A DNA stretch of 64,000 bases. Origin: Marinicella sp. (GTDB lineage: Bacteria; Pseudomonadota; Gammaproteobacteria; Xanthomonadales; Marinicellaceae). Under the pieces are notes generated by a model. That model saw only the letters and a program-made list of their open reading frames with translations, had not been told where the DNA came from and ran no database searches. Positions 1 to 9,061 of the stretch are shown here, piece by piece. Position numbers and translations under genes: made by a program. The stretch's first letter is position 1; every line of letters begins with the position of its first letter. The stretch lies in NCBI GenBank assembly GCA_965230295.1, contig OZ246001.1:2080001-2144000 (forward strand), given 5' to 3'.

Positions 1-138
1 AAATAAATAGACCCATCAATAATTCTTTTGATGGTGATGTTGTGACACGAATATACCCTTTTTGAAATTCATCTGTTTTTTTGGGAAAAGTCATAATTGT
101 TCAACAAGTTTTTGAGTATGTGATCTCGTAAATACAAC

Positions 139-963
139 ATGATAAATATTTATGGAATAATTAAGGTCATGAATAAATATACAAAGTCTTTGGACAGGGC
201 CATAAGAGCAGGTAATGTGACAAGTGTTGTTTCCCTATTGGAAGGAGCAAATGCCCCATATGCCCCTGATCGTGACTATGATTTGACACCACTGGCATAT
301 GCAGCCCGCAATGGTAATGAACTCATTGTGTCAAAACTCATTGATTTAGGGTTTGATTTTAACCAAGCTGATGAATTTGATGGCACTCCACTTTTTTCGG
401 CTGTGAGGGGAAAGAGTTTGGCTGTTTGCAAGATTTTATTGGATGCCGGTGCAGATGTAAATTTTGCCACCAGTCCAGATGGGCAAGAAGACCCTCATAC
501 ACCGTTGTCATTGGCAGCCAAAATAAATGCCATTGATTTAGTGAAGTTATTACATATGAGAGGGGCCAAAGCAAATTGGATCCATGACCAAGATCTTGGG
601 CCCTCTGTTTTGACTTACGCGAGAAAACCCGAAGTAGTGAAATACCTTTTAGAAGCTGGAGCCAACCCAGATACCCCAAATTGGCGCCCAGCGATCATAG
701 GTGCAGCCTATGATGGTTTGTGGAATCTTGTTGAGCTAATGATTGAATACCGAGCTAACCCAAATATCAAATGTCCAGAACTCGGCTATTCATTGCTCGC
801 ATTGTCAATTGAAAATGCACCTCAAAAAGTGATTAAGAAGCTGATTGAGGCTGGAGCACGTTTTAACACAACGGAAGATCTCACAGGCATCGAGTTATCT
901 GATAAAACGTTGAAAATATTGAAAAGTCATGGCATTCAGCATACTGCTTTTAGTCAATACTGA
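139..963 (+). CDS. Ankyrin repeat protein
   Basis: Repeated TPLxxAxxxG...vvklLl.aGAd.N motifs (TPLAYAARNG, TPLFSAVRGK, TPLSLAAKIN); alternative start at ATG 169. Confidence 0.9.
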   Translation: MINIYGIIKVMNKYTKSLDRAIRAGNVTSVVSLLEGANAPYAPDRDYDLTPLAYAARNGNELIVSKLIDLGFDFNQADEFDGTPLFSAVRGKSLAVCKILLDAGADVNFATSPDGQEDPHTPLSLAAKINAIDLVKLLHMRGAKANWIHDQDLGPSVLTYARKPEVVKYLLEAGANPDTPNWRPAIIGAAYDGLWNLVELMIEYRANPNIKCPELGYSLLALSIENAPQKVIKKLIEAGARFNTTEDLTGIELSDKTLKILKSHGIQHTAFSQY

Positions 964-1273
964 TTGAGCTAAATCATCAAGAGGTCGTTTAAGTTCAAGG
1001 TTCGGATCAAACAAGTTGGTTTGCATGGTATTTTACAGAGTGGAAGCATGTGGTAGTCGAATACTGAAAGTGGGAATAGAAAAAACACTTGGATACAAGG
1101 ATCTTAAGTTGAGAGGTGAGGGCGTTTGTCGGATAATGTTTCTGCTCCTTATCAAACTATACTGAGAGTAAAGTCAGATAAAGGGTATTTGTTTATTCAA
1201 TATGTGCCAGATAAAAGCTAACGAAACCATGCATAGAATGTCATGTAAGTAGAAAATCATTTTTACTGAAATT

Positions 1274-1549
1274 ATGAATATAAAGATCATTGACCTAGAT
1301 ACAGATCAGGGAAACCAAATTATCGATGAATTAAAAAGTCGGGGATGGAAGCAAACAAAGCAATATTTTCCTTTAGCAATTGATAAAGGTGTTGATTTTG
1401 ACAGCTACACCTTAAAAAAGGATGGCCAAGAACTTATTTTCGAATGGAGTAATTGGTTTGAGTGGGAGGTTAAGGGTTCTCTAGATGTGTTAAAAAGACT
1501 GGCTTTAGAGTATTCTTTAAAATTGGAAAATGAATCAACTGATACATAA
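1274..1549 (+). CDS. Hypothetical protein (cassette-like ORF)
   Basis: 91-aa ORF; its TAA stop overlaps an ACATAAC attC R''-like box. Confidence 0.7.
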   Translation: MNIKIIDLDTDQGNQIIDELKSRGWKQTKQYFPLAIDKGVDFDSYTLKKDGQELIFEWSNWFEWEVKGSLDVLKRLALEYSLKLENESTDT

Positions 1550-1602
1550 CCAGGGAGCCTATACGATCCCAATGCTATTCACACTATATGTTCTGGTTAT
1601 TG
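1544..1602 (+). mobile_element. Degenerate attC-like site
   Basis: ACATAAC...GTTATTG with outer inverted repeat ATAACCAG/CTGGTTAT; upstream GTCATGTA (1240) is 1 mismatch from the reverse complement of TACATAAC. Confidence 0.45.
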
Positions 1603-1711
1603 TGTCCAAGAAGGCTCATCTGCATCTCTTAAATTAAACGACCATTGGATCAAATGGTTTTGACGACATACTACTGGTTCTGTTAATGTTAATTCTGAGT
1701 TTGATAAAGTT

Positions 1712-2818
1712 TTGGATTTGAAAATGAAGACCTGTGCACTTTTTTTGTTATTGATTCAATCTTCCGTTTTGTGCGCAAAAGACGCGGTTACGCAGCCTTT
1801 GGATGCCCCAAAGTTGATAGCTGCGGTAGACGTGTTGTTGGCTGAGGCTGCTGAAAATGGTTTTTCGGGAGCAGTGACCATTGCTCATCAAAACCGCATT
1901 ATTTATGACCAAGTGATTGGTTTCAGTGATCGCAAAAATGAAGAGCCCATACATTCGGAAACCCTGTTTCATGTGGCTTCAATCACCAAGTATTTAACGG
2001 CTTTATTGATACTGGTGTCAGAAGATAAAAAGCTGGTTGCAATGGATGACGACATCAGTCAGTATTTAAAAATAGATGCCCTGAAGAACAGGAACATTAC
2101 CATCAGGGATTTATTGATGCATGAATCAGGAATCACATCGAACTACACAACTGAACGTTCATACAGCAGTCAAAAGGCACTTGCGCGGATGAATAAAAAG
2201 CTGAAATTCAGTGAACAAAAACCATTCAAATACACCAATGACAACTATGAGCTGTTGGCTCTGATGCTTGAGCACATACACCAGGACAACTATGAAAATA
2301 TTGCCCGAAACCTCATACTGAAGCCATTGAATTTAATCAAGACGAACTTCTGGGGTTCTGTCGACATGAATGACAGTAGAATCTTAAGCCAACCATTAGA
2401 AAAAGTTTCGGCCCGGTTGTTAAAAAAGAACTATGGCATGTTAGGTTCCTCTGGCTTATTAACCAACTCGCACGATCTGGTTAAACTTCAACTTGCTGTA
2501 TTGAATGGTGAACTCAAGTGTGGCCAGAGCAGTTGTTGGGATCAGATCATTTCGAACACCCAAACAGAATCTTTTGCGGACATTGCCTATGGTTCATTTT
2601 TCTATACACGCCCAAAGCTGCACCGGTACTTTTCAGCCAGGGGCTACGAGAGCTGGGGAGACAATGCCATTTTGAACCATTATCCGGCATTTGATTTGGT
2701 GTTGTCAGTGGTAACCAGTAAGGGCCCTTTGGAGTCTTCGGGTGAGGCCCCGTTTCGCAGTCAAATTTCTGGAAAAATCGAAACAGCCATACATCAAAAT
2801 CATTCTTCAAATCACTGA
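1712..2818 (+). CDS. Secreted serine hydrolase (beta-lactamase/AmpC-like family)
   Basis: Signal peptide, F.vASITK (SxxK), LLMHESG, FKYTN (YxN); likely ATG at 1724. Confidence 0.85.
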   Translation: MDLKMKTCALFLLLIQSSVLCAKDAVTQPLDAPKLIAAVDVLLAEAAENGFSGAVTIAHQNRIIYDQVIGFSDRKNEEPIHSETLFHVASITKYLTALLILVSEDKKLVAMDDDISQYLKIDALKNRNITIRDLLMHESGITSNYTTERSYSSQKALARMNKKLKFSEQKPFKYTNDNYELLALMLEHIHQDNYENIARNLILKPLNLIKTNFWGSVDMNDSRILSQPLEKVSARLLKKNYGMLGSSGLLTNSHDLVKLQLAVLNGELKCGQSSCWDQIISNTQTESFADIAYGSFFYTRPKLHRYFSARGYESWGDNAILNHYPAFDLVLSVVTSKGPLESSGEAPFRSQISGKIETAIHQNHSSNH

Positions 2819-3112
2819 TAGACACAGCAATTGGATAGGATGTTGGGTGGTCTGAGAATACCTGTTGTTTGAATGAGAAAGGTACCGTGCCAATCCAGTG
2901 ACCATTCGCCTTACAACTGTCACCGACTGGAAATTCGTGCAATGGCATTCGCAGATTGAGCCGATCACCAGTTCTTCATTGAAGTTCATGACACTTCTAC
3001 TATAATAAATATTTTAATCGGTATTGGCATTTGGCTTCATCGATGTCAGTTGGTGCTTGAATGATGATCTGTTATGCCCAGGCCTAAACCTAAACACATC
3101 AGGAGAATCCAA

Positions 3113-3412
3113 ATGAACTTTTTTGTAATGACTGTAGTTACTTGTAGAGACCAGGAGATACAGTCTCAAGTCATTCAGTCTGGTAAAGATCTGATAAAGG
3201 CGGTCAGCCATTTCCCAGGTATCGTGGGCATTGAATATTATCATGTGAAGGAAGAAAGCAAGACTGTCATGATATGGGAATGTGTTTCTGAAGAGAAATA
3301 TCAAAAATGTGTTCAATCAGATGCCTTCTCATCGGTCATGAAACAAAATGATTTTTTAATGGATGCAGAAAAAGTCTCCTTTTCCCAATCTAAATTAACT
3401 CAATTACTGTGA
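3113..3412 (+). CDS. ABM-like dimeric alpha+beta barrel protein
   Basis: AGGAG at 3101 before ATG 3113; FPG..G.E...W.....Y pattern; ~100 aa. Confidence 0.55.
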   Translation: MNFFVMTVVTCRDQEIQSQVIQSGKDLIKAVSHFPGIVGIEYYHVKEESKTVMIWECVSEEKYQKCVQSDAFSSVMKQNDFLMDAEKVSFSQSKLTQLL

Positions 3413-3556
3413 TGTACGCTTTTGTGCCCATCAATTTTTTCATAGCAAACGCGAATAAAATAGCCTGCTGATAACGCCTATTAAGTTTCGGGAGTATTAA
3501 CCAGGCATCTCATGAGATAATTGATGGTAGGTACAAAAAACGATTAACCGAGAAGA

Positions 3557-5005
3557 TTGATGGCAATGATGGTCAGACTGAATCAGTGGCTGGTTGATAC
3601 TCAAACCGGATCCATATCTTTAGAAGGAAGCGCTTCTGATGCGGTGTACTTAGACCACACCCCTTTGAAATTGTTGCTTTGTCTGATCCGGCACCAAGGC
3701 ACAGATGTTTCAAAAGAGACCATGCTGAATGAAGTTTGGTCGAATAAAGTCGTCACAGAAGAGGTTTTGTCAGTTGCCATCAGTCAAATCAGAAAAAAAT
3801 TAGGTGACGATGCCCGTAAGCCTGAAATCATCAAAACAATTCCAGGGCATGGCTATCGCTTGATAGCAAAAGTTGAAGCATACGATGAAAGATCTGATGA
3901 CCAACAAAATAAGCATGCTGATGCGAACCTGTTCACCGGCAAAAAAGTCTTTTATGGACTGATGGTGCTGACCTTTCTGATTATTGGGTATTGGTTCGTT
4001 AAGTATCAAGTTAAAGGCGATGATGTTCTGACCAAAAGCATACCAAAGGAAATCAGTAGCCAGTATCAAAAAGGTCGGTACTTAATGACGCTTAATGGCA
4101 CAGAGCACTGGTTACAAGCTGAGCAAATATTCAAGAACACCATCATAAACTTTCCCGAATATGCGCCAGCATATGAGGATTTAGCCAGAGCACAATTCAA
4201 CATGGCCATATACGGCAACCAGAAAAAGCCATCAAGTGCGAATGAGTTGAATCATTTGTTGAAAAAAGCCATGCAATTGGCACCTGGCCAAGCTTCGACC
4301 TACCTGTTGTTGGCCAAAGTTTCGTTCATGTTGGAGTGGGATTTTAAACAAGCCCATGAATACTATAAAAAATCCATACAAATAGATCCCGAAAGTGCGT
4401 CAGCACATTTCAATTACGCCCAATTTTTGTTGGCTGCAGAAGCATATGAGTTGGCGTTGTTACATACTGAAAGGTATATCGATTTAAAACCTGAGGGTTA
4501 TGCGACTTCTGCGGTTGCCTGGATCTATAACATGATGGGAGATTATGAGTCGGCGTTGGAAGAACTTAATAACCTCAAGCAATACCAGTCAAATTCACTT
4601 GAATATCACATATCTGCCCAGGCGATTCTGGAAAACATCGGCGATGAAGCGGCTTCTTTTGCGGAACTCAAAGCCATTTTCAAGTTAAAGAACTATTCTG
4701 ATTTGGAATTAAAAGCTGCTGATGAAGCCTTCGGGGCCAATGGTCTTTCAGGTGTGTATCAGTGGTTGCTCGAAGTTAAACAAGAAAAAGGAAACATCGG
4801 TCAATATTTACCACCGCTGTCACTGGCTCGGTATGCAACAAAAGCCGGTAAAGATGATTTGGCGAGCCAATACATCATTCAGGCGGCACAAGAGAAACAG
4901 TTTGAATTACTGTGGTTTAATGCCGATCCAAAGTATCAAAAACTCAGGGAAAGGGCGGAACTACAAAACATCATCGTCAATCATATGGAACAGATGAATC
5001 GATAA
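3557..5005 (+). CDS. CadC/ToxR-like winged-helix membrane regulator with TPR domain
   Basis: N-terminal VW...V....L...ISQIRKKLGDD...IKTIPGHGY, one TM helix, C-terminal TPR repeats. Confidence 0.9.
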   Translation: MMAMMVRLNQWLVDTQTGSISLEGSASDAVYLDHTPLKLLLCLIRHQGTDVSKETMLNEVWSNKVVTEEVLSVAISQIRKKLGDDARKPEIIKTIPGHGYRLIAKVEAYDERSDDQQNKHADANLFTGKKVFYGLMVLTFLIIGYWFVKYQVKGDDVLTKSIPKEISSQYQKGRYLMTLNGTEHWLQAEQIFKNTIINFPEYAPAYEDLARAQFNMAIYGNQKKPSSANELNHLLKKAMQLAPGQASTYLLLAKVSFMLEWDFKQAHEYYKKSIQIDPESASAHFNYAQFLLAAEAYELALLHTERYIDLKPEGYATSAVAWIYNMMGDYESALEELNNLKQYQSNSLEYHISAQAILENIGDEAASFAELKAIFKLKNYSDLELKAADEAFGANGLSGVYQWLLEVKQEKGNIGQYLPPLSLARYATKAGKDDLASQYIIQAAQEKQFELLWFNADPKYQKLRERAELQNIIVNHMEQMNR

Positions 5006-5009
5006 ACAA

Positions 5010-5482
5010 AAGGAATGTTCTTGAGGCTTCATTCTGGTTCATGGTCTGACAGGTCTTCATATTTGCTGCGCAAATAAACCGACCTTTACAAACTATTGTT
5101 TGAGCAGTTGCTTCGCACTGCATGTCTGTTCCAGACAAAAGTGAAAGCGACTGCTTACATGGATGTAAGTATGCAGCGATAGCAGGCAGGAATTGTTCCC
5201 AACAATTCTCTGCATTCACCCCGTCCTGGGGATCGATGCGGTAGCTGCCGAGGCGAACATGACTTGCTACCTCGCGCTCTTCGCCTCTGATTGGCCTACA
5301 TGGATGTAGGTCTGCCGCGATAGCTAGGAGCGATAGCGGCCGCAACATCAATAGCTCGCGGCTAATCGCTCATTGCATAAAGGTTCCTTTGCTTCGCAAA
5401 ACCACCTTTATTCCACTCACTGCCTAACCGGCTCGGTGGGTCAAGCTGCTCAGCAGCTTTCCCGGGTACACCTTTCGGTGTT
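5010..5482. repeat. Expanded copy of a modular hairpin-rich intergenic element (MITE-like or ncRNA)
   Basis: Four blocks shared with 33813-33961, separated by 99/100/133-nt hairpin-rich inserts. Confidence 0.8.
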
Positions 5483-5599
5483 CAAGTCGGTGTCATTTTG
5501 TAAGTATTTGTAACTATTAATGTCCTATTCAGGATATTTCACAGCAAAAGATATAGCCTACACAGATTAAAACCTATTGAATTATCGGAGCTTTAACTC

Positions 5600-6826
5600 A
5601 TGAAAAATTTTTTGATGCTGACCCTTTTATTGACCTCGGTATTTTCATATGCCCAAAAAAATTGGGTTTATAAAACAGATGGAATGGTGGTGGGTCAACC
5701 ATTGATCCACAATGATCAAATCTATGTACTGTCTGGCCAGTCGTTGTCTGTATTGAAAAAAAATGGCGAGTTGATCTGGCAATACAGCATCGGGGCAAAC
5801 ACCTACAGCAGCGTAGAAATAAATAACGGGCAGATATACGTTCTGGCTGATGATGGCGTTCATGCCTTGAACCAACAAGGGGAAAAGCAGTGGTTTTTTC
5901 CGACTCAAGACAAAGCCTCATCGGTAAATGGCAAAAGCTGGGGGTGGGGTGATGAGGTGTTTCAAGATCCGTGGTCCTGGTACCGTTCGTCACCCGTTTA
6001 CGTTGACGGAAAAATTGTATTTGGGAACGCCAGCGGCACTTACGCCATATCGGCCAAAGATGGCACGTTGGTATGGCATATCGATACCGGTGTAACCCAT
6101 ACAAAACCGGCTGTTTTTGAGAATATGGTGTATGTAGGAAGCTGGAACAATAAGTTGTATGCAATTGATGTCAATTCCGGAGCTGTGGTTTGGGAGTTCA
6201 TTTCGCGCATACCTCAGGGAGAATCGACCAATTGGATTGGCTGGAAAGGGTTTAACTTGTCTCCGACTGTTTTTAATGGCGTCATTTATGTTGGTAACAG
6301 AGGCACTTATTTTTATGCGATAGATGCAAAAAGTGGTGTTGAAAAATGGAGCAGTAAATATGCGGGAACTTGGATCGGCTCACCAGCAATTGAGAGTGAT
6401 GGAATCCTTTATTTTGGGACCTCCGATGGCATGTCTTTGATTGGGCACCATGCCAAATCAGGGGCACAAACTTTATTGCACATGAATGATTTTTATAATT
6501 TTGCACAACCTCAGGCCGATGAAAGCAGGGTTTTTTATGCATCACTTTCAGGACGGCTGTATTCAGTTGATAAAAAAACATGGAAAGGAACATTGTTGTA
6601 TTCAACTTCGGCCAGCAGGGAAAACTACGCCGATTTGGTCAAAGCCGAAGGTGGTCTAAAGCGTTATTACAGCGGTATTGAGAAATACAGCAACCAAACT
6701 GAGATGAAAGACATCAAACGCATGCACAATAAGTTGGGTTCGATTTTAAGTATGACATTGCATGATGGAGTCATTTACTTGGGCGGTGCGGATGGCAATG
6801 TACATGCGATAAACTTGAACCGGTGA
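5600..6826 (+). CDS. Secreted PQQ-like beta-propeller repeat protein (BamB-like repeats)
   Basis: Signal peptide; repeated SSP.v.dg.vy.G....lyAid..sG...W units. Confidence 0.9.
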   Translation: MKNFLMLTLLLTSVFSYAQKNWVYKTDGMVVGQPLIHNDQIYVLSGQSLSVLKKNGELIWQYSIGANTYSSVEINNGQIYVLADDGVHALNQQGEKQWFFPTQDKASSVNGKSWGWGDEVFQDPWSWYRSSPVYVDGKIVFGNASGTYAISAKDGTLVWHIDTGVTHTKPAVFENMVYVGSWNNKLYAIDVNSGAVVWEFISRIPQGESTNWIGWKGFNLSPTVFNGVIYVGNRGTYFYAIDAKSGVEKWSSKYAGTWIGSPAIESDGILYFGTSDGMSLIGHHAKSGAQTLLHMNDFYNFAQPQADESRVFYASLSGRLYSVDKKTWKGTLLYSTSASRENYADLVKAEGGLKRYYSGIEKYSNQTEMKDIKRMHNKLGSILSMTLHDGVIYLGGADGNVHAINLNR

Positions 6827-6849
6827 ATGGAGCTCCAAAAACATTCCTT
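6825..6849 (-). repeat. 25-bp element-end motif (AAGGAATGTTCTTGGGGCTTCATTC family)
   Basis: 22/25 match to 33813-33837 on the minus strand. Confidence 0.7.
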
Positions 6850-6890
6850 TATCAGAACTTTCGTGGATTCATTCCCGGACAAAGGCACAA

Positions 6891-7613
6891 CTATTGGGGT
6901 TCTAATGCCACCAAAGAAGTCACTTGATTCAATGCCAGTTGTTTGATTTGTTGGATTATTTTGGCAGCTGAAGGATTTTTTTGTGCATTCGAGTGCGCTT
7001 GCAAGGCCTCGGACATTGATCCATGAAAAGACAGTATAACCAGATCTGTATCTGATCCAGCATCTGCAAACAATGGGTGCCACAGTGGTTGCTTCAGGTC
7101 TTTTTGGATCACCACCAGTTTGTCGATCAATGCTTGTACTTTCTTTTTGGCAGCGGCTTGTAACTGGTATTCTTGTACATACAAATAAGGGTGTTGCTTA
7201 AACAGTGGATTCATTACTTCCAGAGGTGGTCCCACGACAAACAAGTCTTCTTTAAACTCAGCCATATCCGCCAACATTGCCACCTGGGTATGGTGTTGGC
7301 CATGCGCTTCGCGTCTTTTGGTTAAACTGTTCGGTGAAAAATAAGCCCCGTAAGAAATCATCGGATGCAGTGAAAATATTTCCCAGTGGTTGCCTTGTAT
7401 CAATTGGCCCACATGAGGTTCTTGAACACTCCAGCCGTCAAAAAAATTGGCTTGAGCCATGGCTTTGTGTGTCTCTAAAAATGATGCCACACGCCCCCCT
7501 TCGGTTTTGATCAGCTCCAGTCGGTACAAGACAGGCTGTGCATTGGCTTGCACGATAAGAAAAGTTAAAATCAACCAGCTGATGAGTTTTGCTGAACTGT
7601 TGTTGAATTTCAT
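6891..7613 (-). CDS. Secreted hypothetical protein (possible NIPSNAP-like barrel)
   Basis: Signal peptide ending ANA-Q; no firm family motif. Confidence 0.7.
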   Translation of the reverse strand: MKFNNSSAKLISWLILTFLIVQANAQPVLYRLELIKTEGGRVASFLETHKAMAQANFFDGWSVQEPHVGQLIQGNHWEIFSLHPMISYGAYFSPNSLTKRREAHGQHHTQVAMLADMAEFKEDLFVVGPPLEVMNPLFKQHPYLYVQEYQLQAAAKKKVQALIDKLVVIQKDLKQPLWHPLFADAGSDTDLVILSFHGSMSEALQAHSNAQKNPSAAKIIQQIKQLALNQVTSLVALEPQ

Positions 7614-7754
7614 GATACATACTCCCACTACATGCGTGTACCCATTATAAATACAAAAGTCTGTTGGGTGAAAGTAATGAGGTCAGCCGACAGTTTTTTG
7701 CGGCAGGTCGTTATCAGCTTTCATCAGTTCAGGAAGTCGTGAACGCACAGGGCC

Positions 7755-8999
7755 TTAAGGTTTGTCGGCGAACAAAATCACACCACTGGCTTGTTGTTCC
7801 CGATCGAATATGGTGAAGTAGCTGGCCATCAAAGGTAAGCCAAATATGCATTGATTGGGCCAGCCTTGTAACGTTGTGATTTGAAAGGAGGCTTGGTTCG
7901 GGGCTGGTGCATGGATTTGCCAGTAGTCATGTGGACGCAGTTCCAGCTCAACAGTCTCACCTTCTAAGCCTTCCAATTCAAAATAAATACTTGGCCAGGC
8001 ATCCATATCAATCAGGGACAAATCAACCCCCACTTCAACACCGGTGAATGTGCCATAGGGCTCAAGGACAGTTTTGAAGTCTGGATTGATATGGGTCAGT
8101 TCATTGATCAAATGATCATACAACACTTGTGGTAAAACGATGTAAGAAGCCCCGCTGTCAACAATGCCATTGGTGCGGTGGTTGAGGTCAGATTCGTCTA
8201 ATTCTGGTGCGTTGATGGATTCGCTGTTGCCCACCCGCATGCGGTGCACATGCACGTTGTAGTATTTGTCATCCAACACTTTGACTTTTTTGAATTTTCC
8301 TTGGTAAAGGTGCTGGTGTAATTTGGGTTTACCTAACACGAAAAATCCCCGATTCAGTGGATGAAAGCTCAGTTGTTTTTGGCTTTTTACACTGCTGGTT
8401 TGGTAAATGCTGGATCGGTGAACCACAAAGGCGAATTGATTACCCACCACACCTTGTTGTTCCAGCTGTGTAAAGTAAGGTGTGAGGTATGATTTGGGGT
8501 ATTGCTTGATGAAGGATTTGTTTTCCCTGATGGTGTCGTCTTGTTCTTCTTCAGCCAAGAACCAAGGGTAAGTGTGTGCCGGATCGACATTGTATTCAGT
8601 TAAATATTCAGTCAGGTCGTAAGCCTTGTTCAACTCATAGTAGGCCAACCCCATGATGCCATCGGCATCAGCGAAGCTGCTTTGTTGTTCTTTTCGGGTA
8701 ACAGCGATGTGTATGTTGTCAGCGACCACAGAAAAAGGGCCATCACCCATGGCCACTTCGGTTTTGACCACCGGGCCAAACCAGCCGCCTTTGCCATAAG
8801 TTCGGTTTTGTGCAAAACAGGTGGCTTGCAATGAGCCATCATCACAGGGTTGGTAATCCTCTCCTTGAACCACCAAAGCGCTGGACCCTGAATCAAGAAT
8901 CAAGTTGGCGGTGGCGCCTTCACTGCCCACTTTGATTTGTGCTGTGAAGCCACCTTTGGCAAAGACATTGGTGATGGGAATGATGACTGATTTTGGCAT
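7755..8999 (-). CDS. Pepsin-like (A1) aspartic protease, bilobed, no signal peptide
   Basis: LILDSGSS and GIVDSGAS catalytic motifs, flap TYGKG, DGIMGL and IFGLP psi-loop motifs. Confidence 0.9.
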   Translation of the reverse strand: MPKSVIIPITNVFAKGGFTAQIKVGSEGATANLILDSGSSALVVQGEDYQPCDDGSLQATCFAQNRTYGKGGWFGPVVKTEVAMGDGPFSVVADNIHIAVTRKEQQSSFADADGIMGLAYYELNKAYDLTEYLTEYNVDPAHTYPWFLAEEEQDDTIRENKSFIKQYPKSYLTPYFTQLEQQGVVGNQFAFVVHRSSIYQTSSVKSQKQLSFHPLNRGFFVLGKPKLHQHLYQGKFKKVKVLDDKYYNVHVHRMRVGNSESINAPELDESDLNHRTNGIVDSGASYIVLPQVLYDHLINELTHINPDFKTVLEPYGTFTGVEVGVDLSLIDMDAWPSIYFELEGLEGETVELELRPHDYWQIHAPAPNQASFQITTLQGWPNQCIFGLPLMASYFTIFDREQQASGVILFADKP

Positions 9000-9061
9000 A
9001 AGTATAGGTTATTTGATTCGATTTGGATAAACTGGTATTGATGTGTTGATCATCAGTTTGA

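Noticed and set aside
4977-5351. 124-aa minus-strand ORF (also ORFs 33818-34069, 41114-41503, 49296-49652, 49539-49751 and 15763-15963)
   Set aside because: They run through palindromic repeat elements, have no protein motifs and are probably spurious.
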